In this document: piece by piece, positions 35,700 through 44,710 of the stretch | Numbering within the stretch: the first letter of the stretch is position 1 | Layout of the letters: every line of letters begins with the position of its first letter | Assembly (NCBI GenBank): GCA_017853385.1 | Contig: JAFMJR010000002.1 | Coordinates: 120-64,119, forward strand | Direction of reading: 5' to 3' | DNA: 64,000 bases | Source: Ilumatobacteraceae bacterium | Lineage (GTDB): Bacteria; Actinomycetota; Acidimicrobiia; Acidimicrobiales; Ilumatobacteraceae | Program-made: the position numbers and the translations under genes | Notes under the pieces: model-generated | What the model was told of the DNA's origin: nothing | Databases searched by the model: none | The model's input: only the letters and a program-made list of their open reading frames with translations

Positions 35700-35923
35700 A
35701 ATGGTCCTCGTCGTTGTCGTTTGCCAATGAGGGAAGTGCCCTCAGAAATCTTCCGCCCCTACTCTAAATCACCGAGTGGGGACCCGATAAACACTACGGA
35801 GCGAGTATGAGAAATCAGAAATTGCCTCGAAGGTTTTGAGCGGAGATTCGGTGGTCAAGGTCACAGGATTGCACGAATGCACAACCTCGCTCTTTTCACC
35901 TATTTGGAGATTGCCCGACTAGT

Positions 35924-35943
35924 CTCGTGAGAGATTTCACGAG
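35924..35943. promoter_or_regulatory. candidate Rex operator upstream of the bc-nuo cluster
   Basis: CTCGTGAGAGATTTCACGAG has perfect 7-bp arms, CTCGTGA / TCACGAG. Its core, CGTGAG-AGAT-TTCACG, fits GTGA-N-TTCAC Rex half-sites. It ends 20 nt before ATG 35964. Confidence 0.45.
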
Positions 35944-35963
35944 GAAAGGCACCCCTGCAAACC

Positions 35964-36440
35964 ATGCTGGCAATAGACATTCTTCGATGGCCGGGAATGA
36001 ACCAAGCGTTCATCTTCTCGCTTGCCCTCACACTTGCGATGACGTACGGCGTGTATTGGGTAGGTAAGCGCCGACCTGTTGATCGCAAGGCAACATGGGG
36101 TGAGACCATGTTTGGTTCCGCATACGTGTTTGCAATTTTGTTTATTGCGTTTGGCGTAGTTCCTCACCAATTCATTGACCACGCGGACAAAAATCTCGGA
36201 TGGCGTAAAGACAAATTGATTTTTGGGCCTTTTGATCTCTTGAAGCCGAAGGCTTTTGGCGGCCAGTTCCCATTCACGATGAGCTACGAAGCAATTCGTG
36301 ACATCGTGGTCGTCACCATTCACGTGGTGCTCATGACCATCATGGTGAAGATGTTCAACTGGTGGCAAAAGCGAGGCGAAGCGAAGCCGCAAGCAATTGC
36401 AACGTCAACCTATGGTCGCCCATTGGTGCGTAAGGGCTAA
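35964..36440 (+). CDS. small three-helix membrane protein, first gene of the bc-complex cluster
   Basis: 158 aa with three hydrophobic helices and no recognisable family. An alternative start is ATG 35997 (MNQAFIF). Confidence 0.5.
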   Translation: MLAIDILRWPGMNQAFIFSLALTLAMTYGVYWVGKRRPVDRKATWGETMFGSAYVFAILFIAFGVVPHQFIDHADKNLGWRKDKLIFGPFDLLKPKAFGGQFPFTMSYEAIRDIVVVTIHVVLMTIMVKMFNWWQKRGEAKPQAIATSTYGRPLVRKG

Positions 36441-36445
36441 TTGAA

Positions 36446-36859
36446 ATGACAAAGACAGACGCAAATCCACCAATGCCGTTATGGTCCGACGAGTATCAGC
36501 TCGTCGAGGTGGATGCTGACTACCTTGCAAAGGCAGTCAAGCCAAAACAGTTCATTCACATTGATCAAAGTGAATGCATTATGTGTGAAGGCTGTGTAGA
36601 TATTTGTCCGTGGAAGTGCATCCACATGGTGAACCCAGACGCAATTGCAGAAGCCCAAGGCACTGAAATGCCTGGGTCAGACCCAAGCGACAATGTGGTG
36701 TTTATTATCGACGACGACGTGTGTACTCGCTGCGCACTATGCGTAGATCGTTGCCCAACTGGCGTCATCATTCTTGGAAAAGTTGGAGCACCTGCTGCAA
36801 CTGGCGACTCGCACACACGAACACCAAACCACGGCTACGCATACGGCATGCGGTTATAG
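36446..36859 (+). CDS. 2x[4Fe-4S] dicluster ferredoxin-domain protein
   Basis: 137 aa with two CxxCxxCxxxCP motifs, CIMCEGCVDICP and CTRCALCVDRCP. Confidence 0.85.
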   Translation: MTKTDANPPMPLWSDEYQLVEVDADYLAKAVKPKQFIHIDQSECIMCEGCVDICPWKCIHMVNPDAIAEAQGTEMPGSDPSDNVVFIIDDDVCTRCALCVDRCPTGVIILGKVGAPAATGDSHTRTPNHGYAYGMRL

Positions 36860-36883
36860 AAGTTTCAGGACACGGAGAAAAAT

Positions 36884-37669
36884 ATGGCAAGCACAATTGA
36901 AGAAAAGCCACGACTCACGCTGAAAGAGCGTGCGGCAAAGCTTGGAGAATCGTTGCAAGGCAGTCAGGCATGGAACTCAATCTTCCGTCCGGGCTCAATT
37001 TTCCGCAAGGGCTACACCGATTCACCGCGCAACCGTTCTTATGTGATTATGAACTCGGTGCTCTATCACTTGCACCCAGTGAAGGTAAAGCGTCACGCCG
37101 TAAAGGTGAGCTACACGCTGTGCCTTGGAGGACTCAGCTTCTTCTTATTCATTTTGCTCACGGTTACTGGCATTTTCTTGATGTTCTTCTACCGTCCGAC
37201 TGCTGCCAATGCATGGCAGGACATTCAATCGCTACAAACTTCGGTGACGTTCGGACTGATGGTTCGAAATATGCATCGTTGGGGTGCTCACCTCATGGTG
37301 CTCAGTGTGTTTTTGCACATGGCGCGCGTGTTTTATCACGGCGCATATAAAGCACCTCGCGAGTTCAACTGGGTTGTTGGAGTTATCTTGCTCACACTCA
37401 CTTTGTTGCTTTCATTTACCGGCTATCTCTTGCCGTGGGACCAACTGGCTCTATGGGCTGTTGCGGTGGGTACCAACATGATGGGTTATTCGCCGGTCAT
37501 TGGTTCTCAGGTGCGATTCGTGTTGTTAGGCGGAGTAGAAATTGGCGCAGAAACGTTGCTGCGTTGGTATGTATTGCACGTGTTGTTATTCCCGTTTGTC
37601 ACCGTGATCTTCTTGGCGATTCACTTCTGGCGAGTGCGCAAAGACGGCGGAATTTCGGGCCCATTGTGA
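36884..37669 (+). CDS. qcrB: cytochrome b6-type subunit (N-terminal four-helix cytochrome b)
   Basis: 261 aa. Helix B reads RNMHRWGAHLMVLSVFLHM. The helix D histidines in HVLLFPFVTVIFLAIH are separated by 14 residues (b6-type spacing). YTLCLGG matches the b6 heme-ci cysteine context. Confidence 0.85.
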   Translation: MASTIEEKPRLTLKERAAKLGESLQGSQAWNSIFRPGSIFRKGYTDSPRNRSYVIMNSVLYHLHPVKVKRHAVKVSYTLCLGGLSFFLFILLTVTGIFLMFFYRPTAANAWQDIQSLQTSVTFGLMVRNMHRWGAHLMVLSVFLHMARVFYHGAYKAPREFNWVVGVILLTLTLLLSFTGYLLPWDQLALWAVAVGTNMMGYSPVIGSQVRFVLLGGVEIGAETLLRWYVLHVLLFPFVTVIFLAIHFWRVRKDGGISGPL

Positions 37670-37699
37670 TGAGTACGACGATTGAAAGGATGATCAGCA

Positions 37700-38434
37700 A
37701 TGACTGAAATTCCAGAACACCTCCTGAAGCGGGCACAGGCTGCGCGTGAAAAAGCAGCAGCAGAATCTGGTGCGGCAGCACAAAGTGGCGACGCAGGTGA
37801 TTCACGTATTCCTGCGCATTTGCTTGAGCGAAGCAAGGCTGCAAAAGCCGGTGGTTCAGTTGCAGTTGCAGATAAACCAAGCTCATCAGTAGTTGCTGCA
37901 CCTCTAGATGGTGGCGTGCCAATGGCTGCCGGCCCTGGTGGTCATACACAACGCTTACTCACGGTTGTTAAGTCTGGATCAATTCAAGACGTGAAGTCAG
38001 AGCCAGTAGACAAAGTGCATACGTGGCCTCACCTGCTTGCAGTTGAGTTCGTGGCAGCACTTGCATGCACCACATTTTTGTTTTTGTTCTCTTGGGTTGT
38101 GAACGCACCGTTGCTACAGGCTGCAAACTTCAACCAAACTCCAAACCCTTCGAAGGCTCCTTGGTACTTCCTTGGATTGCAGGAACTGCTCACCATGTTC
38201 CACCCGATGATCGCGGGTGTGACTCTTCCTGGTGTGGGTCTTGTTGCGTTGATGTTTGCTCCATACCTTGACAAGACGGTGTCAAATCGTCCAGAAGATC
38301 GCAAGTTCATGACCGGAATGATGACCATGTTCCTGATGTTCTGGGCGGTGTTGGTAATTATTGGCTCGTTCTTCCGTGGTCCTGGGTTTAACTTCACCTT
38401 CCCATGGCGTGACGGAATTTTCTTCGAGCTCTAG
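37700..38434 (+). CDS. cytochrome b C-terminal part / subunit IV-like protein with a long cytoplasmic N-extension
   Basis: 244 aa. KAPWYFLGLQELL corresponds to the PEWY region, followed by three TM helices. The N-terminal ~100 aa carry MTEIPEHLLKR and a second copy, IPAHLLERS. Confidence 0.8.
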   Translation: MTEIPEHLLKRAQAAREKAAAESGAAAQSGDAGDSRIPAHLLERSKAAKAGGSVAVADKPSSSVVAAPLDGGVPMAAGPGGHTQRLLTVVKSGSIQDVKSEPVDKVHTWPHLLAVEFVAALACTTFLFLFSWVVNAPLLQAANFNQTPNPSKAPWYFLGLQELLTMFHPMIAGVTLPGVGLVALMFAPYLDKTVSNRPEDRKFMTGMMTMFLMFWAVLVIIGSFFRGPGFNFTFPWRDGIFFEL

Positions 38435-38454
38435 GTCGATACGGATACATATAT

Positions 38455-39300
38455 ATGACAACAACTCAGATCATCACTATCGCCGTTGCGGTGCTCATTG
38501 TTGCCGGTGTCGGCATCGTGCTCACCTCTTCGCGCAACTCGGGAGTTCGTGGAACTGGTTCGCTTGCACGTGAAACTCGCAAAAAAGACCGCGGTGCAGT
38601 TAACCCTGAACATTTAACTGGACGTCAGTTTGAAGCAGTAGTGCGTAAGCAAAACGCTGCAATTGTGGCGGCGCCAAAAGCCGAAGTTGAGCCTTGGGTT
38701 GCTCCAGACCCAGAAGCCGTTGGCGTTTCGCGTCGCATGTTTTTTAACCGCGCAATTGTCACATTGTTTAGCGCTGGGCTTGGTGGATTTGGTGCTGCAG
38801 TAATTGGTTTTCTCTGGACAAGTTCGTCTGGTGGATTCGGTTCGAAAATTACGATTGGCAATCTCACAGATGTGATTGCTCAGATTCGTGCCAATAAAGG
38901 TTTCTTGTACTTTCCGCAGGCTCGCACATGGGTGACGGAATATCCAAAAGAATCTTTGTCAAAAGGTAAAGCGGCTTACGGACATCAAGGCCCAGTGTAT
39001 TCGGGGCTCGAAGCTGGAATTATTGCGCTGTACCAAAAGTGCCCGCACCTTGGTTGCCGTGTTCCAGAATGCAAGAGCTCACAATGGTTCGAATGCCCAT
39101 GCCATGGATCGCAATACAATCGAGTTGGCGAAAAGAAGGGTGGCCCTGCTCCGAGAGGCATGGACCGCTTTGGTGTGTCAGTTGCTAACGGCGTCGTTGT
39201 TGTAGATACCGGCACTGTGTTTGGTGGACCACCAATTGGTACGAACACCACCGGTCAAGAAGCCGAAGGTCCACACTGCGTAAGCGGAGGTCACCACTAA
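38455..39300 (+). CDS. qcrA: Rieske [2Fe-2S] iron-sulfur subunit
   Basis: 281 aa with CPHLGCRV ... CPCHGSQY. There are two TM helices, with an internal twin-arginine motif SRRMFFNRA before the second. Confidence 0.9.
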   Translation: MTTTQIITIAVAVLIVAGVGIVLTSSRNSGVRGTGSLARETRKKDRGAVNPEHLTGRQFEAVVRKQNAAIVAAPKAEVEPWVAPDPEAVGVSRRMFFNRAIVTLFSAGLGGFGAAVIGFLWTSSSGGFGSKITIGNLTDVIAQIRANKGFLYFPQARTWVTEYPKESLSKGKAAYGHQGPVYSGLEAGIIALYQKCPHLGCRVPECKSSQWFECPCHGSQYNRVGEKKGGPAPRGMDRFGVSVANGVVVVDTGTVFGGPPIGTNTTGQEAEGPHCVSGGHH

Positions 39301-40361
39301 TGATTGCTGATGTCACTACAAACGTTTCATGGTTTTTCCTGATCACCGCTCTAGCGGGTTGGGTGCTTTATGGCCTATTCAATATTCGAAAAGGTCGTGC
39401 GGAAATTGGTTCAGAGATCAAACTTGCCGCAAACCGCAAGCCTTATTACGACGACGAAATTCTTGAGGGTAAGAAGATCGAGCGCACACAGCTGATCGGC
39501 ATTTTGTTTCTTGCAGTAGTCACGCTTGCTTTGCCGCTTTACTGGATTCTTGAACCAGGTCGTCAAGAGGGCGCAAAGAATGGCTGGGATCACCGTTTCG
39601 AATCGTGGGGCAGTCGCCTCTATGACGTAACCGCAAACGGCGGATTCAACTGCGCTGGCTGCCATGGTGGAACCAAGGGCTCGGGCGGTGCTGCTGTCTA
39701 TGCGCTCACTGACTCAAAGACTGGTGAAGTGCGTGAAGTGAGTTGGAAAGCTCCAGCATTGAACACCATTTACTACCGATTTAGCGAAAGCGAAATTAAG
39801 TTCATTCTTGAATACGGTCGTCCGTTCTCTCCAATGTCACCGTGGGGTGTTGTTGGCGGCGGACCAATGAATGACCAACAAATTCAAACCGTGTTGGCAT
39901 ATTTGAAGAGCATTCAAATACCGCGCGAAGACTGTGCAGTGGTAGATGCTGATCCACGAATTTGTGAAGGTGGCCATTTGCCAAAAGAAAAACAAGATGA
40001 GATTTCTGCAGAAGCAGAGCGTCTCGTCGCTGCCGGAACATATTCAAGTATTGGCGAAGCTTTGTTCAATCTTGATCTTGGTGGTGGAAACTATTCGTGC
40101 GCACGATGCCACACCAAGGGTTGGTCTTATGGCGACCCACAAATCACAGGTGGTGGAGCACTTGGTCCTAACCTCACGGGTGGTTCATCAGTTCGTCAAT
40201 TCCCTGTAAAGAACGACATGATGAATTTCATTAAGGGCGGAAGCGAATATGGCAAGAGGTACGGCGAACAAGGTCAAGGCAGTGGTCGAATGCCAGCTTT
40301 TGGCGCAATGCTCACCGATGAACAAATAAATGCAATCGTCGATTACGTGAGAGGTCTCTAA
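39300..40361 (+). CDS. qcrC: diheme c-type cytochrome subunit
   Basis: 353 aa with two N-terminal TM helices and two heme motifs, CAGCH and CARCH. The start overlaps the Rieske stop by 1 nt. Confidence 0.85.
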   Translation: MIADVTTNVSWFFLITALAGWVLYGLFNIRKGRAEIGSEIKLAANRKPYYDDEILEGKKIERTQLIGILFLAVVTLALPLYWILEPGRQEGAKNGWDHRFESWGSRLYDVTANGGFNCAGCHGGTKGSGGAAVYALTDSKTGEVREVSWKAPALNTIYYRFSESEIKFILEYGRPFSPMSPWGVVGGGPMNDQQIQTVLAYLKSIQIPREDCAVVDADPRICEGGHLPKEKQDEISAEAERLVAAGTYSSIGEALFNLDLGGGNYSCARCHTKGWSYGDPQITGGGALGPNLTGGSSVRQFPVKNDMMNFIKGGSEYGKRYGEQGQGSGRMPAFGAMLTDEQINAIVDYVRGL

Positions 40362-41180
40362 ATGTTGTCCACACTTCTTGCAATCTCTTGGGAACCAGAA
40401 ATCCGCGGAATTGTCGTCGTATTAATTTCAGTTGTTGTATTGATTGGTGGTTCCTACCTTTTGGTGGGTAGCAACGTTGGTGCACGACTCGGTGTGCTCA
40501 TCATTCTCGCTGGATTCTTTGGCTGGATGGCAATCATGGGTGCGGTGTGGTGGACGTATGGGATTGGTCTGAAAGGACCAGAACCTTCGTGGAAGCCAGC
40601 AGAACCCGTGACGATTATTCGCGATGCTCAATTACTTACAAGTGCGGGAGTTCTAGACGGCGTAGCCCCTAATGCGGCAACCCCAGTTGCAACAGCAGCG
40701 GCGGCATCTGATCAACTACAGGCTGAAGGTTGGAGTCTGCTTGATGAAGCTGATCCGCAACGCGGTCAAGCAGTGGCTGCTTCTGATGCAATTTTGCAGA
40801 TTGAGGCCGAAGAGTTTGCAGCAGGCGACTATCTCAGCGTTCGTGTATTTGATCGTGGCGGTGAGCGCTATCCAAAAATCAATGACTCGCTTGACTTCGT
40901 GGCGTTTTTTCACAAGGCACGTTATGCATTAGTTGAAGTAGTGCCAGTAGTTCCACAGCGCACTGAACCTGGTCGAGCACCTGCTCGTCCAGTTGCAGAC
41001 GAAACACAGCCTCATCGCTACGTATATATGGTGCGCGATTTGGGCGCTAAGCGTCAACCAGCAATCTTGATCACGTTTGGATCAGGAATTATTTTCGCAA
41101 TCTTGTGTTGGTTGCTCCACCGTCGAGATCTTGCTCTTCGCGAAAATCTCGCCAGTGACAAGACGCCTGTTAAGGCATAG
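40362..41180 (+). CDS. membrane protein of unknown function between qcrC and nuoA
   Basis: 272 aa. The ATG follows the qcrC TAA directly. It has two N-terminal TM helices, a soluble middle and one C-terminal TM helix. I recognise no family. Confidence 0.5.
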   Translation: MLSTLLAISWEPEIRGIVVVLISVVVLIGGSYLLVGSNVGARLGVLIILAGFFGWMAIMGAVWWTYGIGLKGPEPSWKPAEPVTIIRDAQLLTSAGVLDGVAPNAATPVATAAAASDQLQAEGWSLLDEADPQRGQAVAASDAILQIEAEEFAAGDYLSVRVFDRGGERYPKINDSLDFVAFFHKARYALVEVVPVVPQRTEPGRAPARPVADETQPHRYVYMVRDLGAKRQPAILITFGSGIIFAILCWLLHRRDLALRENLASDKTPVKA

Positions 41181-41189
41181 GTCGGTTTC

Positions 41190-41666
41190 GTGGGCCAGTA
41201 CCTTCCGATAGTGGTGTTGGCCACACTTGCTGTGTTGTTTGGTGCGATCAGTTTGGTTGCATCAAAACTGCTGGCGCCCCGTCGCCCAAATACTGCAAAG
41301 TCGGCTCCTTACGAATGTGGAATTGTGCCAAGTAGAGAAGCACCAGAACGTTTCCCGGTGAGTTTTTACATCATTGCGATGTTGTTCATCATGTTCGATA
41401 TTGAAATCATCTTTGTTTATCCATATGCGGTGTCTCATTCGGCACTTGGGTCATATGTGTTTTTCGAGATGATCGCCTTTAGTGCTGTGTTTTTTGCGGC
41501 ATTCGTGTATGCAATTGCGCGAGGAGCATTGGATTGGGGCCCAATCAAGAAGGCGGTTCGTCTTGATGATGGAATGTCCAATCCAATGAAAGATGGATCG
41601 CGAACGTTCACCAGCACCATTCGACGAGTTGGTCTTGAAGGTCGAGAAGAAGGAGCAGCAGCGTAA
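41190..41666 (+). CDS. nuoA: NADH-quinone oxidoreductase subunit A
   Basis: YECG and [12 protein letters not shown] motifs. GTG start 9 nt after the preceding gene. Confidence 0.9.
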   Translation: MGQYLPIVVLATLAVLFGAISLVASKLLAPRRPNTAKSAPYECGIVPSREAPERFPVSFYIIAMLFIMFDIEIIFVYPYAVSHSALGSYVFFEMIAFSAVFFAAFVYAIARGALDWGPIKKAVRLDDGMSNPMKDGSRTFTSTIRRVGLEGREEGAAA

Positions 41667-42250
41667 TGGGAATCGTGCGCAATGTTCTTGACGATGGTTT
41701 AGAAGGTCTTGATCACAATTTTTTGACCGGCCGAATTGAAGACCTCATTAAATGGTCGCGATCACGTTCTAGTTGGGGTGCGACGTTCGGCCTTGCTTGT
41801 TGTGCAATTGAAATGATGGGCACCGGAGCACCGCACTATGACCTTGCGCGCTTTGGAATGGAAGTGTTTCGTGCCTCACCGCGACAGGCTGACATCATGA
41901 TTGTTGCTGGACGGGTAAGCCAAAAAATGGCACCCGTTCTTCGCCAGGTGTATGACCAGATGATGGAACCAAAGTGGGTCATCAGCATGGGTGTTTGTGC
42001 AAGTAGTGGCGGAATGTTCAACAACTACGCCATTGTTCAAGGAGTAGATCAAGTTGTTCCAGTAGACGTGTATGCGCCTGGTTGTCCTCCTACGCCTGAA
42101 ACGTTGATTCATGCAATTGAAACGTTGCACCAACTCATTGAAGATGGAGAAATCATGCGCCGCCGTGCATCAAGCGGCGCAGGCGCAAACGTGCATATTC
42201 AGGAAATTCCAGCTGGAATTACGACACCAGTCGTTTTAGGAGCGCGTTAA
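41666..42250 (+). CDS. nuoB: NADH-quinone oxidoreductase subunit B
   Basis: [11 protein letters not shown] and GCPPTPE (N2 cluster cysteines). Confidence 0.92.
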   Translation: MGIVRNVLDDGLEGLDHNFLTGRIEDLIKWSRSRSSWGATFGLACCAIEMMGTGAPHYDLARFGMEVFRASPRQADIMIVAGRVSQKMAPVLRQVYDQMMEPKWVISMGVCASSGGMFNNYAIVQGVDQVVPVDVYAPGCPPTPETLIHAIETLHQLIEDGEIMRRRASSGAGANVHIQEIPAGITTPVVLGAR

Positions 42251-42255
42251 TCACC

Positions 42256-42750
42256 ATGAGCTCCGAAGTAACCACTACACCTGCGACCTTGCACGGCTGC
42301 CTATTGGGAGAGTCACGCGGTCAATCGGTGTTGTTTGTTCCTCGCCAGTCATACATCGCAACTATGAAGAAGCTTGTGGATGATGGTTACGAGATGTGTG
42401 TTGATCTCACGGCAGTTGACTTTTTAACACACAACGCTCGCAATCTTCCTGAGGGAGTTGCCCCGGAGCGTTTTGAAGTTGTAGTCAATTTATTGTCGTT
42501 GAGCAAGCGTGAGCGACTTCGAGTTCGTGTTCAGATCAGCGAGTCGGACCCGCGTATTGATTCGCTGTTTGATTTGTATCCAGGCACCGAAGCCATGGAG
42601 CGAGAGGTTTTTGACATGTTCGGTATTTCATTTACCGGACATCCTGACCTCACTCGTATTTTGATGCCAGAAGATTGGCAGGGTCATCCACTTCGCAAGG
42701 ATTACGCACAAGGTCGCATTCCTGTGCAGTTCAAGGGAGCAGCTTCGTGA
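42256..42750 (+). CDS. nuoC: NADH-quinone oxidoreductase subunit C
   Basis: ERFEVVVNLLS and EREVFDMFGISFTGHPDL. Confidence 0.9.
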   Translation: MSSEVTTTPATLHGCLLGESRGQSVLFVPRQSYIATMKKLVDDGYEMCVDLTAVDFLTHNARNLPEGVAPERFEVVVNLLSLSKRERLRVRVQISESDPRIDSLFDLYPGTEAMEREVFDMFGISFTGHPDLTRILMPEDWQGHPLRKDYAQGRIPVQFKGAAS

Positions 42751-44099
42751 CTCCGCGCGAAAGCGATGCTGTGATCTCTGCCGCTGCGGGAACGAATGAA
42801 GGTAATCAAGAACTTCGTTCGCGTTCTGAACTCACTGCAAAAGAAGTAATGCGTGAAGTAGGTGCAGTGTTGCGCATGAGTGAAGCCGATGCAGCTTTAC
42901 TGGCTGAAGTAGAGGCCGATCCGGGCGAAGATCAGACCATGATCATCAACATGGGTCCTCAGCACCCAAGCACACACGGCGTGTTGCGTCTGATGCTCGA
43001 ACTCAAGGGAGAAACAGTTCTGCGTTGCAAGCCAATTATTGGCTATTTGCATACCGGAATGGAAAAAACAGGTGAGTCACTCACCTTTATGCAGGGTGGA
43101 ACCAACGTCACTCGAATGGACTACCTGTCGCCTTTGAATAGCGAATTGGTATTCAGCATGGCTACTGAAAAGTTGCTGGGTATTGACGGCGATATTCCTG
43201 AGCGCGCTGTATGGATTCGCATGTTGTTGTCCGAACTCAATCGCATGAGTAGCCACCTGTTGTTCATGGCGACAAACGGCATGGACATCGGTGCAGTTTC
43301 GATGATGTTGTACGGCTGGCGCGAGCGCGAAATTGTCTTGCGCTTTTTCCAGAAAGTGACTGGCTTGCGAATGAATCACAACTTCATTCGACCTGGTGGA
43401 GTTGCAGCAGATTTGCCAGCTGGTTGGCGAGACGATGTGATGTCAATTTTGGACATGTTGCCAGACCGCCTAGGCGAGTACGACGTGCTCATGACCAATC
43501 AACCAATTTGGCGGGAGCGACTTCAAGGTGTTGGCGTAATTACGCAGGCTGAAGCAATTGCTCTTGGTGCAACCGGACCAATTTTGCGAAGTACTGGTTT
43601 GGCATGGGACTTGCGCCGCGACATGCCTTACATGCATTACGACCAATTGGAATTTGACGTGATTGTTGGAAGTTATGGCGATGCATTTGATCGCTATGCA
43701 ATTCGATTGAACGAAATTCGTGAATCAATGCGAATTGTTCGCCAAATTTTGGACCGAGTGCCAAGCGGTGATTACCGAATTCAAGACAAGAAAGTGACGC
43801 CACCACCACGTGCTCGTATTGACGAGTCCATGGAAGCCCTCATTCACCACTTCAAGATCTTTACGGAAGGCTTCAAGGTTCCTGAAGGCGAAGTGTATGT
43901 AGCTATTGAAAGTCCGCGGGGTGAAGTGGGCTGCTATATCGCGAGCGATGGTTCGCCGACTCCATATCGCATGCATGTTCGTGCTCCGTCTTTTGTCAAC
44001 GTACAGGCGCTTCCACACATGATGCGCGGTGGTTTAGTTGCTGACGCAGTAGCGGTGATTTCTTCTGTAGACCCAGTGCTTGGCGAGGTAGACCGATGA
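42747..44099 (+). CDS. nuoD: NADH-quinone oxidoreductase subunit D
   Basis: MIINMGPQHPSTHGVLRL and a C-terminal VLGEVDR. GTG 42747 overlaps the nuoC stop (GTGA); the track start at 42675 lies inside nuoC. Confidence 0.92.
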   Translation: MTPRESDAVISAAAGTNEGNQELRSRSELTAKEVMREVGAVLRMSEADAALLAEVEADPGEDQTMIINMGPQHPSTHGVLRLMLELKGETVLRCKPIIGYLHTGMEKTGESLTFMQGGTNVTRMDYLSPLNSELVFSMATEKLLGIDGDIPERAVWIRMLLSELNRMSSHLLFMATNGMDIGAVSMMLYGWREREIVLRFFQKVTGLRMNHNFIRPGGVAADLPAGWRDDVMSILDMLPDRLGEYDVLMTNQPIWRERLQGVGVITQAEAIALGATGPILRSTGLAWDLRRDMPYMHYDQLEFDVIVGSYGDAFDRYAIRLNEIRESMRIVRQILDRVPSGDYRIQDKKVTPPPRARIDESMEALIHHFKIFTEGFKVPEGEVYVAIESPRGEVGCYIASDGSPTPYRMHVRAPSFVNVQALPHMMRGGLVADAVAVISSVDPVLGEVDR

Positions 44100-44710
44100 G
44101 TCGATTGACCGACGCAAATGTGGTGATTGCTAAAGAAATCATTAGTCGTTATCCACGACCAAAATCTGCACTCGTGCCGTTACTGCATTTGTCGCAAGAA
44201 CAAAATGGTTACATCACGCGTGAGGCCATGGTGCATCTTGGCGAGCTTGTTGGAGTTACATCGGCCGAGGTGTATGGAACAGCATCGTTTTACGAAATGT
44301 TTCGCTTTGAACCAGTTGGTAAATATCTCATCAATATGTGCGGCACCATGTCGTGCGCGCTGATGGGCGCTGGCGAGTTGATGCATCATGCAGAACACAA
44401 ACTTGGTGTGAAAGCAGGCGGAACAACCGCAGATGGAATGTTCACTCTTGCTCACGCCGAATGTCAGGCTGCCTGCACCGAGGCGCCAACACTGCAAGTG
44501 AATTACCGCTATCGGTTCCGCGTAACACCTGCAGATTTTGACAATTTGATTGACGATCTGCGTGCAGGGAAACTTGCAGATGAGATTCCGCCTCATGGTG
44601 TGTTGGCAAAAGTTCGTCAACGAATTCCTGCAGATAAAGGTGTAGGTGCTGTAGCCCCAGAAGATGTCACCGAAGGTCCAGCCTGGCTAGATGGGAAGCC
44701 CGCACTATGA
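44096..44710 (+). CDS. nuoE: NADH-quinone oxidoreductase subunit E
   Basis: Thioredoxin-like [2Fe-2S] pattern, CGTMSCALMG ... CQAACTEAP. Confidence 0.9.
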   Translation: MSRLTDANVVIAKEIISRYPRPKSALVPLLHLSQEQNGYITREAMVHLGELVGVTSAEVYGTASFYEMFRFEPVGKYLINMCGTMSCALMGAGELMHHAEHKLGVKAGGTTADGMFTLAHAECQAACTEAPTLQVNYRYRFRVTPADFDNLIDDLRAGKLADEIPPHGVLAKVRQRIPADKGVGAVAPEDVTEGPAWLDGKPAL

